Below are positions 26,396-34,520 of a DNA stretch of 36,548 nucleotides, piece by piece. A program made the translations under genes and the position numbers. The stretch comes from Bdellovibrionia bacterium (GTDB lineage: Bacteria; Bdellovibrionota; UBA1018), in contig JBGSHQ010000133.1 of NCBI GenBank assembly GCA_041752095.1, positions 1-36,548 of the forward strand, in the 5' to 3' direction. Under the pieces are notes generated by a model. It saw nothing but the letters and a program-made list of their open reading frames with translations, had not been told where the DNA came from and did no database searches. The number at the start of each line of letters is the position of its first letter. Positions within the stretch are counted from its first letter, which is position 1.

Positions 26396-28083
26396 TACGT
26401 AAATATTCGACCGAATTATTTTGGGGATTGCTCACTGCGATTTTTTCTTTAGTACCCTTTTTTCTTATCCAGAAGGGTGGAGGCCCTGTCCCGATCGATC
26501 TTCCTTTATTTCCGATTCATGGGGACTTTCATCTTGTTGCAAATCTCTTTGAAGGTGTCTCTCGCGGGGAAGTTATTCCTTATATTAAGAACGATTTACC
26601 AAGGATGGGGGCACCCTTTGCCCCATTAAATTTATCTGTAGGATTTCCACTTACTGAACAGTTCCAGCTCGCTGTCGTTAAAATTTTTTCTTTTTTCACA
26701 GAAAATTCAACCGAAACCTGGAATCTTTATTTTCTAGCTGGATATTTATTTTCAAGTCTTGCCTTTTTTCTTTCAGCGGTTTTGCTAGGAATTATGCCTG
26801 CAGTCGCCTTCGGATTATCTTTTGCATTTACCTACCTGCCGATGCACTTTATGCGGTACGAGCACATTTTTATTTCACAGTACTGGGTATTAGCTCCATC
26901 TGCAGCAATCATCCTTTCTATCCTTAAAAAGGAACGGCCCGTACCTCGTCGAACCCTATTCCTTTTAGCGGGATCAGTATTTTTTGTAACGCTTTGGCAC
27001 TCCTATTTTGGATTCTTCTATTCGGGTGTTCTCTGCATGGCACTCGTTTTCGATTTTATTCGAAAAAGAAGAAAACAGTTCGTGAGCCTATTTTTAGCTT
27101 CGATCCTTCCCTTTGTTATTGGGATCGTTCTTTCGACGGCACATCATACTTTTGCCTATCGCGAATCCAAGGACCCACCTCCGCCCTTTAAACGTTATCC
27201 GAGCGAAACGCTGTTTTATAGTCTGAGACCTTGGGCGATGCTCCTCCCTATTGATGGTCATCGATTCCAGCCGTTTAAAAAAATGCGTGATTATGGAAAA
27301 ACCCAGGAAAGTGGAATCGAAGGACTTACCGAATCGATCGGAACACTGGGTTTGATCGGATTTATTTTAGGTTTAGTTTCGCTCGTCCGACGAAAAAAAT
27401 TCGAGTCAGGACTTGTGGCTGTATTAGGTACCTTTTTTTCATTTCGAATCGGAATAGCATCTCTCGTCGCTTATACGGTTTATCCAGTTTTTCGGAGCAC
27501 GAATCGAATCAGCCCGATGATCGCCGCTGCGGCGTTGTTTGGCTTAGGGCTGGCACTTAAACCCCTGATAGAAAAATACTGGTTTCCTCGGCACAGAAAA
27601 TGGAGTGTCCCTCTCATTGGCTTTATTTTAGCCTTATTTTCAGTCTGGGATCAGGTCATCCCTGCAGAAAGTGCCGTCACTTCACAGAACGAAGAGTATA
27701 ACGCTCGAAAATTTATTCATGAAATCGAAGAGCGAGTCGGTTCTGGTGCCGTACTCCAGCTCCCTGTCGCTACTTTTCCTGAGCATGGTCCCGTATATTA
27801 TATGGTCGATTATGCCCATTCCGTTGCTCCCCGCTATAGTAAGAATACGAGATGGAGTTATGGGACATGGCGTGGGACCCAGGCGATGAATCAGATTTAT
27901 GGGGCTGCCGCTGACCCAGCTCATTTTAAAAACCTAAAAGCCATGGGTTTTTCAGGTGTTTGGATCGATCGATATGGATACCCGGATCGCGGAGATGCAC
28001 TCATTTCTGAAATTTCACGCCGAACGAACTCGCCTTTTATTTCCTCAGGCGATGGGCGGCGCGTATTCTTTTTCGTTCCTTAA
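26392..28083 (+). CDS. Polytopic membrane protein with a C-terminal soluble domain, function unknown (GT-C-like candidate)
   Basis: 563 aa. After TM1 comes FPIHGDFHLVANLFEG (D45 at 26524-26526), then NDLPRMGAPFAPLNLSVGFP. The GTG start forms a GTGA overlap with the upstream gene. Confidence 0.5.
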   Translation: MIRKYSTELFWGLLTAIFSLVPFFLIQKGGGPVPIDLPLFPIHGDFHLVANLFEGVSRGEVIPYIKNDLPRMGAPFAPLNLSVGFPLTEQFQLAVVKIFSFFTENSTETWNLYFLAGYLFSSLAFFLSAVLLGIMPAVAFGLSFAFTYLPMHFMRYEHIFISQYWVLAPSAAIILSILKKERPVPRRTLFLLAGSVFFVTLWHSYFGFFYSGVLCMALVFDFIRKRRKQFVSLFLASILPFVIGIVLSTAHHTFAYRESKDPPPPFKRYPSETLFYSLRPWAMLLPIDGHRFQPFKKMRDYGKTQESGIEGLTESIGTLGLIGFILGLVSLVRRKKFESGLVAVLGTFFSFRIGIASLVAYTVYPVFRSTNRISPMIAAAALFGLGLALKPLIEKYWFPRHRKWSVPLIGFILALFSVWDQVIPAESAVTSQNEEYNARKFIHEIEERVGSGAVLQLPVATFPEHGPVYYMVDYAHSVAPRYSKNTRWSYGTWRGTQAMNQIYGAAADPAHFKNLKAMGFSGVWIDRYGYPDRGDALISEISRRTNSPFISSGDGRRVFFFVP

Positions 28084-28910
28084 CGTGATTTTGGCATCCA
28101 AGGTGCCTTTTTCTCTGTGATCAGAGATTCGAGATAAATTTTATCTCGTAGAGTATCCATCGGCTGCCAAAACCCGGTGTGATGGTGCATGGAAAGCTTT
28201 CCGTCTTTCGCAAGTTTATTTAAAGGAGTTCGCTCGAGGATGCATTCTGCATCAGTCGATAGGTAGTCGCGAAAGTTTTTCTGGAAGAAAAAGAATCCAC
28301 CATTAATCCAATCGGAGCGGGACTGGGGCTTTTCCGAAAAATCTAAAACGCGCTGGTCTGTATCGACGGTGAGTTCACCAAAACGAGCACTCGGGTGCAC
28401 GCCGAGTACAGTTCCAGTATTTCCCATCTTTAAGTGAGCAGCGAGTTCTTTATCGAGTGCAACATCAGAAACACCGTCTCCATAAGTGACCGCAAAATGA
28501 TCGAATTTTTCACCCTGGATCGAATCAAAAGCACGTGCAACTCGTCCACCCGTCATACAGTCTACGCCGGTGTCGATGACTCGAACACGCCAGTTTTCCT
28601 GCTCACCTTTAGCCCCGAAAGCGTGGGCGGGAGTGTCCGTATTTTTTCTGTGGTCGATTTCGATATGGGTTTTTCGAAATCCATAGGTGAGAAAGTACTG
28701 TTTAATTTCCCAGGAGCGATAGCCGGCACAAATCACAAAATCATTAAACCCGAAACTATAATACGACCGCATAATATGGAGTAGGATGGGTTCTCCGCCT
28801 ACTTCAATCATCGGTTTTGGGCGAAACTGACTTTCTTCGGAAATTCGGGTTCCGAGGCCACCGGCTAGAATAAAGACAGGTACTTGGCTTGGAAGAACTG
28901 GATTTGACAT
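28080..28910 (-). CDS. rfbF: Glucose-1-phosphate cytidylyltransferase
   Basis: VFILAGGLGTRISEES..PKPMIEVGGEPILLHIM...DFVICAGY...MTGGR...TYGDGVSDV...INGGFFFF...GFWQPMDTLRDKIYLESL...KAPW match my recollection of Salmonella RfbF block by block. Confidence 0.9.
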   Translation of the reverse strand: MSNPVLPSQVPVFILAGGLGTRISEESQFRPKPMIEVGGEPILLHIMRSYYSFGFNDFVICAGYRSWEIKQYFLTYGFRKTHIEIDHRKNTDTPAHAFGAKGEQENWRVRVIDTGVDCMTGGRVARAFDSIQGEKFDHFAVTYGDGVSDVALDKELAAHLKMGNTGTVLGVHPSARFGELTVDTDQRVLDFSEKPQSRSDWINGGFFFFQKNFRDYLSTDAECILERTPLNKLAKDGKLSMHHHTGFWQPMDTLRDKIYLESLITEKKAPWMPKSR

Positions 28911-28952
28911 GACCAGAAAATAGCACCTAAAATTAAGTTTCTCGACAGCTTT

Positions 28953-30536
28953 TTATCGTTTCTCATAACGACAGATCACTTCGTGCGGTCCACATTCGAT
29001 CTGAGTCCAGTGCGTCGCAAGCTCTGAACGAGGGTCGATTTTCTGGAGGAAGGCTTGCCTCGCATCGCTGATTAAAAGAGAACTTTTCCCGCTTTTTTCA
29101 GCCCCTGAGAGTCGAAGAGATTCGTGGTCGGTTAGAAGGGGATAGGTGAGTTCATCTCCCAGAAGAACTTCATCCCGGAAGATTTTTTTTAGGCTAGCTC
29201 GGACCCAAAGAACGTCTGAAATTTTACTTGGATCATCGCTGTATTCACGAAAATGAGAAATCGGCCATGTTCCTGATAGAGCGAGCGCAGAGAGAAGACT
29301 GAGTGTAAAAAAACTTCGGGGGATTCGTTGGCGCGATACGAGGGTACGAATGGATTCACATAATCCAAACCCAAAAAATGGAATGAGAAGAATGTCATAA
29401 TGAAACTGCATCATTCGTTGCGTAGCCGCCTCAGAAAGTAGGTTTCCGAAAATCAGGATAAAGCCTGGGATATAATAGGGGTTAAAGGCGCGTAGAGCGA
29501 TGAGTGTAATCGGTGCGGCAATCGTAAAGAGGTATTTAAATCGATCGCGAGTGGCGAGGTGCGAAATTATTTTTGAAATATTATCCAGTGGATGAAAGGC
29601 AAAGTTCTGGATGATTTCGCTGGGTGAGCTGCCTAAGTAAGAAAGGCGTTTAACGAGTTCACTGCCTGAACCCGATGAAGGCGTCCAGTGCGGTAAAATA
29701 TAGAAATAAACTGTGGCAAATACTGAAACACTAAAGGCTCCATACACCATTAAAAGCAGACGTGGGGGGCGAGATGAATTCGCATAAAGACCCCCAATCA
29801 TTGCAAAGGGGAGAAGGATCGCCCCCGTTTCTTTTGAGAGTGCGGCGAGTAGAAATGGAATGAGAGCAAGAATGGGTCTTTTTGCTCTCAGCGTGAGGAA
29901 TGCGAGAACATAAAACACCGCTCCTATGAGATCTTCCCGAAAATCAAAAATAAAACTTTCTCGAATTCCTCGTATGCAGAGGAGAAAGAAAAATATAAAC
30001 GCGAGGTGTTCCTTTTTTATTTCGTTTCGATAAACCCGAAATAGAAGCCAAAAACAAAAAAACCCTAATACGGACTGCAAAAGGGGAACCGCAAAGGGTG
30101 TGCCGAGGAGATTCGTTATTGGCCCAAGAAGAAGGAGGGTGAAGGACGAATGCTCACCGAGATAACTTTCGTTAAAGCAAACATGGCAACTTAATAAAGG
30201 ACTGCTGAAAGCCTTAAAAAGAGACTGATAAACAAATCCTGCATCATAGGCATGAACATTTAATGTGAGAAATCGAATCAAGTGGGCAAGAAAAAGAGAT
30301 CCAAAAATAAAAGAAATAAAGATCAGGGGTCTCTGTGCAATTCGGTTTCTTAACTGAGAAACAGATGGCAAGAGAAGGGTTTGCTTTTGGTAATTAAGGG
30401 CGAGAGCGAAAACGAGTGCAACCGCCATCCACGCGTCGAGCGATAAAAAATCTATTTTATAGAGTCTACCGCCACCTGTAATGAGAATGGCGGCAGAAAT
30501 AAAAAGAAAAAAATGAAGAAGAGATCGAATCTTCAT
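28953..30536 (-). CDS. DUF2079-like polytopic membrane protein (predicted GT-C-type glycosyltransferase)
   Basis: 527 aa with many TM helices. HAYDAGFVYQSLFKAF and GEHSSFTLLLLGP resemble the conserved loop and HFSP-type blocks I associate with DUF2079. It starts 3 nt after the stop of a GtrB-like GT2. Confidence 0.55.
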   Translation of the reverse strand: MKIRSLLHFFLFISAAILITGGGRLYKIDFLSLDAWMAVALVFALALNYQKQTLLLPSVSQLRNRIAQRPLIFISFIFGSLFLAHLIRFLTLNVHAYDAGFVYQSLFKAFSSPLLSCHVCFNESYLGEHSSFTLLLLGPITNLLGTPFAVPLLQSVLGFFCFWLLFRVYRNEIKKEHLAFIFFFLLCIRGIRESFIFDFREDLIGAVFYVLAFLTLRAKRPILALIPFLLAALSKETGAILLPFAMIGGLYANSSRPPRLLLMVYGAFSVSVFATVYFYILPHWTPSSGSGSELVKRLSYLGSSPSEIIQNFAFHPLDNISKIISHLATRDRFKYLFTIAAPITLIALRAFNPYYIPGFILIFGNLLSEAATQRMMQFHYDILLIPFFGFGLCESIRTLVSRQRIPRSFFTLSLLSALALSGTWPISHFREYSDDPSKISDVLWVRASLKKIFRDEVLLGDELTYPLLTDHESLRLSGAEKSGKSSLLISDARQAFLQKIDPRSELATHWTQIECGPHEVICRYEKR

Positions 30537-30539
30537 TCA

Positions 30540-31484
30540 TTATTCTCGCTTCTCGATAAAGTACCGAGGGCGTCGTTTCACTTCTTGATAAATTTTTCCG
30601 AGATACTGCCCGATTACTCCCGTACATAAGAGCTGTACACCGCCGATAAAGAGAAGCGGCATCAGCATGGATGTCCATCCGGCAATCGCTTTTCCCGTAA
30701 TCCACGTAAAGATGACCCAAAGCCCAACTGCGAAGCTGATTAAACAGACAATGAATCCCAGCCACACGATAAAATTAAGTGGCTTCGTACTAAAAGAAGT
30801 TATCCCATCCCAAGCAAAGGCGAGCATTTTTCTGAGTGGATATTTCGATTCTCCTGCCATTCGCGCATCTCGCGCGTAGAAAATCTTTTTCGAGGGGTAA
30901 CCCAAGAGGGGAATGATACCCCGAAGAAATAGATTCGTTTCATCAAAGTGGCTGAGTGCTTCGAGTGCCCGAGTTCCAAGTAATCGACAGTCCGCATGGT
31001 TTTCTACGAGTTCGACTCCGAGTTTTTCCATAAATCGATAAAAAATTTCTGCGCTCCCACGTTTAAATCCTGAATCGGTAGAGCGATCTTCTCTGACTCC
31101 GTAAACAATTTCGTTTCCCTTGAGGAAGGCCTCAATAAACTGGGGAATAGTCGAGGCCGGGTCTTGGAGATCGGCATCTAAAGAGATAAGGGCATGAGCT
31201 TCGTCTCGCATCGACATGAGTCCTGCGAAGAGTGCACGCTGATGACCTACGTTTCTGGAAAGTTTAAGACCGCGATAAAGAGTCCCCTTAGCGATCCAGT
31301 CACTCGTTTTTGCCCATGTCCGATCACGACTTCCATCATCGATAAAACAGACAAAACTCCCCGGATCAATTTTTCCTGAAGTGATCAGTCCTTGGAGTTC
31401 GCTGCCCACGGCGTGAGCGGTTAAATCAAATGATTCTTCTTCATTATAGCAAGGAATGATGACGCCAATACGGGGTGCAGACAT
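30540..31484 (-). CDS. Polyprenyl-phosphate glycosyltransferase, GT2 (GtrB/ArnC-like, two C-terminal TM helices)
   Basis: IGVIIPCYNEEES...FIDDGSRDRT...SRNVGHQRAL...LISLDADLQDP...NEIVYGVRE. The C-terminal TM pair is FIVWLGFIVCLISFAVGLWVIF / LMPLLFIGGVQLLCTGVIGQYLG. It is a paralogue of 20269-21201. Confidence 0.85.
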   Translation of the reverse strand: MSAPRIGVIIPCYNEEESFDLTAHAVGSELQGLITSGKIDPGSFVCFIDDGSRDRTWAKTSDWIAKGTLYRGLKLSRNVGHQRALFAGLMSMRDEAHALISLDADLQDPASTIPQFIEAFLKGNEIVYGVREDRSTDSGFKRGSAEIFYRFMEKLGVELVENHADCRLLGTRALEALSHFDETNLFLRGIIPLLGYPSKKIFYARDARMAGESKYPLRKMLAFAWDGITSFSTKPLNFIVWLGFIVCLISFAVGLWVIFTWITGKAIAGWTSMLMPLLFIGGVQLLCTGVIGQYLGKIYQEVKRRPRYFIEKRE

Positions 31485-31528
31485 GTCAATGAGTGTATGG
31501 AATCTGGCTCGTATTATAAATAGCTATT

Positions 31529-32431
31529 TTACCGGGAGTGAATCGCATCCCGTATGGTCTGCTCGACTGAGATCGTGCGACATTCGCGACCGATTCTATT
31601 TTCGACCTTTGTGGGATCACCGATAATCTCAGGAATATCGTCGGCTCGAGCTGCACCTTCCGTAATCGAGTTGATCAGAGAGTCAGCTTCATTCGGATGG
31701 ATCTCCTTTAAGGCTGTTTCGAGAAGATATGCGATTTCGACTCCTTCGCCTGAGCATAGATTGAAGATTCCAGTAGCAGAAATCGAAGCCAGTCGTAGTA
31801 GCGTCATGCAAACATCGCGCGAGTCGAGGTAGTCTCTTAAATTCGAAAGGCCCGGAACGTCTTTTAAGTCCTTCGATCGCGCACGACGAATGACGGACTG
31901 GAGAACATAATGGGCTGGCTGTTTAGGAGCGATGAGCCCAAAGACTCGAGCTATCGTCAGTGGTGTTTTAGTTTCGGTACAGAGCCGAGCGAGCTCATTT
32001 TCTGCTTCGAGTTTCGTTGAAGCATAAACCGACCGTGGCTTTATAGGGTCCGTTTCTAATATTCTTCCCGATTTAGGCGCATAAATATGTCCGGTGCTGA
32101 CATAAATAATTTTGGGAACTAATTTTTCTTTTTTTGCCGCAGAAATAAATGTGTTTACCGTCGAAACCGTATCGGTAACATTGGTTTGATGGGCGAGTTT
32201 GGGATCTTTTTCGCATCCGGGGACAGAAACCATTGCCGCAAGCTGTAAAAGGACAGCGTATCCCCCAGGATAAACATTCGGCATTTGTTCGGTGAGTTCT
32301 TTAATGAGTCCAGGACTATCTTCAAGTCTCGATTGAATTTTATAGGTTTCAATTCCGAGTCGTTTTGCCGAACCCTCGATATAAGTGCCTAAACTCCCTG
32401 TAGCACCATTATAAAAAACTGCGCCCTTCAT
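31529..32431 (-). CDS. NAD(P)-dependent extended SDR (epimerase/dehydratase/reductase family); candidate 4-reductase/epimerase of the deoxyhexose branch
   Basis: Glycine-rich NGATGSLG near the N-terminus and the catalytic SVYASTKLEAE (YxxxK). 300 aa. It overlaps the upstream GT2 stop by 4 nt. Confidence 0.8.
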   Translation of the reverse strand: MKGAVFYNGATGSLGTYIEGSAKRLGIETYKIQSRLEDSPGLIKELTEQMPNVYPGGYAVLLQLAAMVSVPGCEKDPKLAHQTNVTDTVSTVNTFISAAKKEKLVPKIIYVSTGHIYAPKSGRILETDPIKPRSVYASTKLEAENELARLCTETKTPLTIARVFGLIAPKQPAHYVLQSVIRRARSKDLKDVPGLSNLRDYLDSRDVCMTLLRLASISATGIFNLCSGEGVEIAYLLETALKEIHPNEADSLINSITEGAARADDIPEIIGDPTKVENRIGRECRTISVEQTIRDAIHSR

Positions 32432-33186
32432 GTTTTAGTAACAGGGGTCAGGGATTTAGTATGATGTTCCCAGGCGATCGAAAAAATCCCGAGAAACGCA
32501 CTCGAGACTTCTTTAAAATTCGTATTACTTTCACCACGAACGCGGTTTTTAAAATAAATCGGAAACGTAAGAATCTTCATATTCGACCGTAAGAGCTGAG
32601 ATAGGGATTCGGAAAGATAAATATAACCCTCGTGTTTCTGATCGAGTCTGAGAAGAACTTCGAGAGCGCGAGGAGAATAAAATCGAAATCCATTCGTATA
32701 ATCAGGAATTTTCCAGTCGATGAGGATTCGGGCGAGTAGGTTTGCGCAGAAGGAAAGAATCCACCGTTTAAGCGGCCAACCTTCGATTTTTCCATCGGGG
32801 TAACGACATCCGAGGGCGACATCTCCCTTTTTCAGTAATTCAAGCCCCGTCGCGATTGCCTTCGGCTCATGCGAAAAATCGCAGTCCATTTCGATGTAAG
32901 CTGTGAATCCACGCCCCGAATCCCGTCCCCATTTAAGACCCGTACGCACGGCGCCACCGCGACCATCTTTTTTAGTACGTGTGATTAAATGGACGCGTTC
33001 TGCCCAGTTATTAGAGGCGATCGCATTTTTTATAATCGCTGTCGTTCCATCGGGAGACGAGTCGTCCACGACACAAACTGAAAAACCATCGCCAAGCGCT
33101 AAAAGGGCTTCGATAAGGGCAACAATATTATCTTTCTCGTTATAAGAAGGAAGAACGATGAGGGTGCGTGGTGTAGTGTTCGTCAT
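32428..33186 (-). CDS. Dpm1/Ppm1-like polyprenol-phosphate glycosyltransferase, GT2 (soluble type, no TM helices)
   Basis: LIVLPSYNEKDNIVALIEAL...VVDDSSPDGT...KKDGRGGAVRTG...YIEMDCDFSHEP...GCRY..G...GWPLKR..LS..AN...DYTNGFRFY match the dolichol/polyprenol-P-mannose synthase pattern. Confidence 0.85.
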   Translation of the reverse strand: MTNTTPRTLIVLPSYNEKDNIVALIEALLALGDGFSVCVVDDSSPDGTTAIIKNAIASNNWAERVHLITRTKKDGRGGAVRTGLKWGRDSGRGFTAYIEMDCDFSHEPKAIATGLELLKKGDVALGCRYPDGKIEGWPLKRWILSFCANLLARILIDWKIPDYTNGFRFYSPRALEVLLRLDQKHEGYIYLSESLSQLLRSNMKILTFPIYFKNRVRGESNTNFKEVSSAFLGIFSIAWEHHTKSLTPVTKT

Positions 33187-33193
33187 TTATTTT

Positions 33194-34411
33194 TTAGAGC
33201 TTAGAGAGTTCTGTAAATGCTTTTTCTAAAACCGCTTTGGCTGATGGGTCCAGTACCGGATGGCACCCAATCATAAAACCACGTGAAAGAATTTCATCAC
33301 AAGTTCCAAGCCCAGGTGCGCTTCGAGTTTCCAGCCCCGCGTTCGCCGGATGTCTCGCAAGGTTGCCAGCGATAATCGGTCGAGTAGCAACTCCTGCGGA
33401 TTCGAAAATTTCTTTTACTTTTGCGGCGGTGACAGGAGCCTTCGGGTTAAGTCGAAACGGAAAAGTCATCCAGGAATGACGGCGTTCCCGACGTGTGATT
33501 TTTTTATCCGTAAGATGTTCGGCGCCAATCAGTTTCATCCACGGTGCATTTTTTATCGTCCACTCATTCACGGTTTTTGCGAGTTTTTCTCGCGCTTCCA
33601 GCATTGAATCGAGTTTTCTGAGTTGAACTGACCCAATCGCAGCAGCGACTTCAGTAGGACGAACATTATATCCGGGCATAATAAAAAGAAAACGAGGATC
33701 GAGTTCAGGATTTTTCTTTGCCCACTCTGCGTGATCACTTCGATCCCGAGTCCATCCGTGTGCACGGATACTCTTTAAGTCGTCGTAAATTTCAGAGTCG
33801 TTCGTAGTGATCATTCCACCTTCCATTGTCGAAATGTGGTGGGAGAAAAAGCAGGAGTAGGATCCTGTAACGCCGAAGGTTCCAGCGTGGGTTCCATTGA
33901 AATGTGCGCCTAAGCTTTCACAGTTATCTTCGATCAGATCGAGATCGGCTTCTTCGCAGAACTGGTTTATCTTCGCCATGTCGGCCGCCTGGCCTAAAAC
34001 ATGGATTAAAAACATCCCTTTTGTTTTTTCGGTAAGCGCGCAACGCGCAGATTCAACATCGATTGCAAGCGTCTTCGGATCGACATCAACATAAACAGGA
34101 ACGAGCCCGAGCTGGACGAGTGGCCAGACCGTCGTTGGCCAGGCAAGCGCTGGAACTAAAACCTCGTCTCCCCGTTTCCAAGGAGCAGTTCCTCGCGATC
34201 TGCGAAGCATGAGATCGACCATGAGTAAATTCGAAGAGGAACCCGAATTCACCATGATCGAGTGCTTAGCACCGGTCCACTCAGCAAATTCGCGCTCAAA
34301 TTTACTAACGCGTTCACCCATGGTGAATTGGTTGCTGTCGAAAACCGCTTTTGCGGCTTCAATTTCTTCGGGACCAAAAGTAGTAGAGGCGAGGGGGTAT
34401 GAAGATGACAT
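33194..34411 (-). CDS. colD: PLP/PMP-dependent sugar 3-dehydratase of the DegT/DnrJ/EryC1 fold, ColD-type (GDP-4-keto-6-deoxy-D-mannose 3-dehydratase)
   Basis: YPLASTTFGPEEIEAA...FTMGERVSKFEREFA...MVNSGSSSNLLM...IEDNCESLGA...GTFG...SCFFSHHISTMEGG...IRAHGWTRD...MPGYNVRP. His replaces the Schiff-base Lys (H191/H192 at 33836-33841). The protein lacks the Cys-rich Fe-S insert I associate with RfbH/E1. Confidence 0.8.
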   Translation of the reverse strand: MSSSYPLASTTFGPEEIEAAKAVFDSNQFTMGERVSKFEREFAEWTGAKHSIMVNSGSSSNLLMVDLMLRRSRGTAPWKRGDEVLVPALAWPTTVWPLVQLGLVPVYVDVDPKTLAIDVESARCALTEKTKGMFLIHVLGQAADMAKINQFCEEADLDLIEDNCESLGAHFNGTHAGTFGVTGSYSCFFSHHISTMEGGMITTNDSEIYDDLKSIRAHGWTRDRSDHAEWAKKNPELDPRFLFIMPGYNVRPTEVAAAIGSVQLRKLDSMLEAREKLAKTVNEWTIKNAPWMKLIGAEHLTDKKITRRERRHSWMTFPFRLNPKAPVTAAKVKEIFESAGVATRPIIAGNLARHPANAGLETRSAPGLGTCDEILSRGFMIGCHPVLDPSAKAVLEKAFTELSKL

Positions 34412-34520
34412 TTAGAGTATTTCTTTCATGCGCGGAGAATTTCGTCCACCAGACTCTGTACCGATTTACGAACTTCTTAAGATTGACAACGCAACGCCCC
34501 CTAGTGGATGAAATGAGGAT
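34412..34520. promoter_or_regulatory. Divergent intergenic region between the colD operon and gmd
   Basis: Two divergent starts flank it. TTGACA lies at 34483-34488 on the plus strand. No clear -10 follows at 16-18 nt. Confidence 0.3.

Noticed and set aside
30467-30474. An exact GGCGGTAG (the ops/JUMPStart core recognised by RfaH) on the minus strand, plus a near match GGCGGCTG at 11619-11626.
   Set aside because: The exact copy lies inside the DUF2079-like coding region, about 60 nt from its start, not in a leader. One 8-mer match is expected by chance in about 73 kb of two-strand sequence. The flanking ops positions do not fit. The near match lies upstream of the only -10 candidate.
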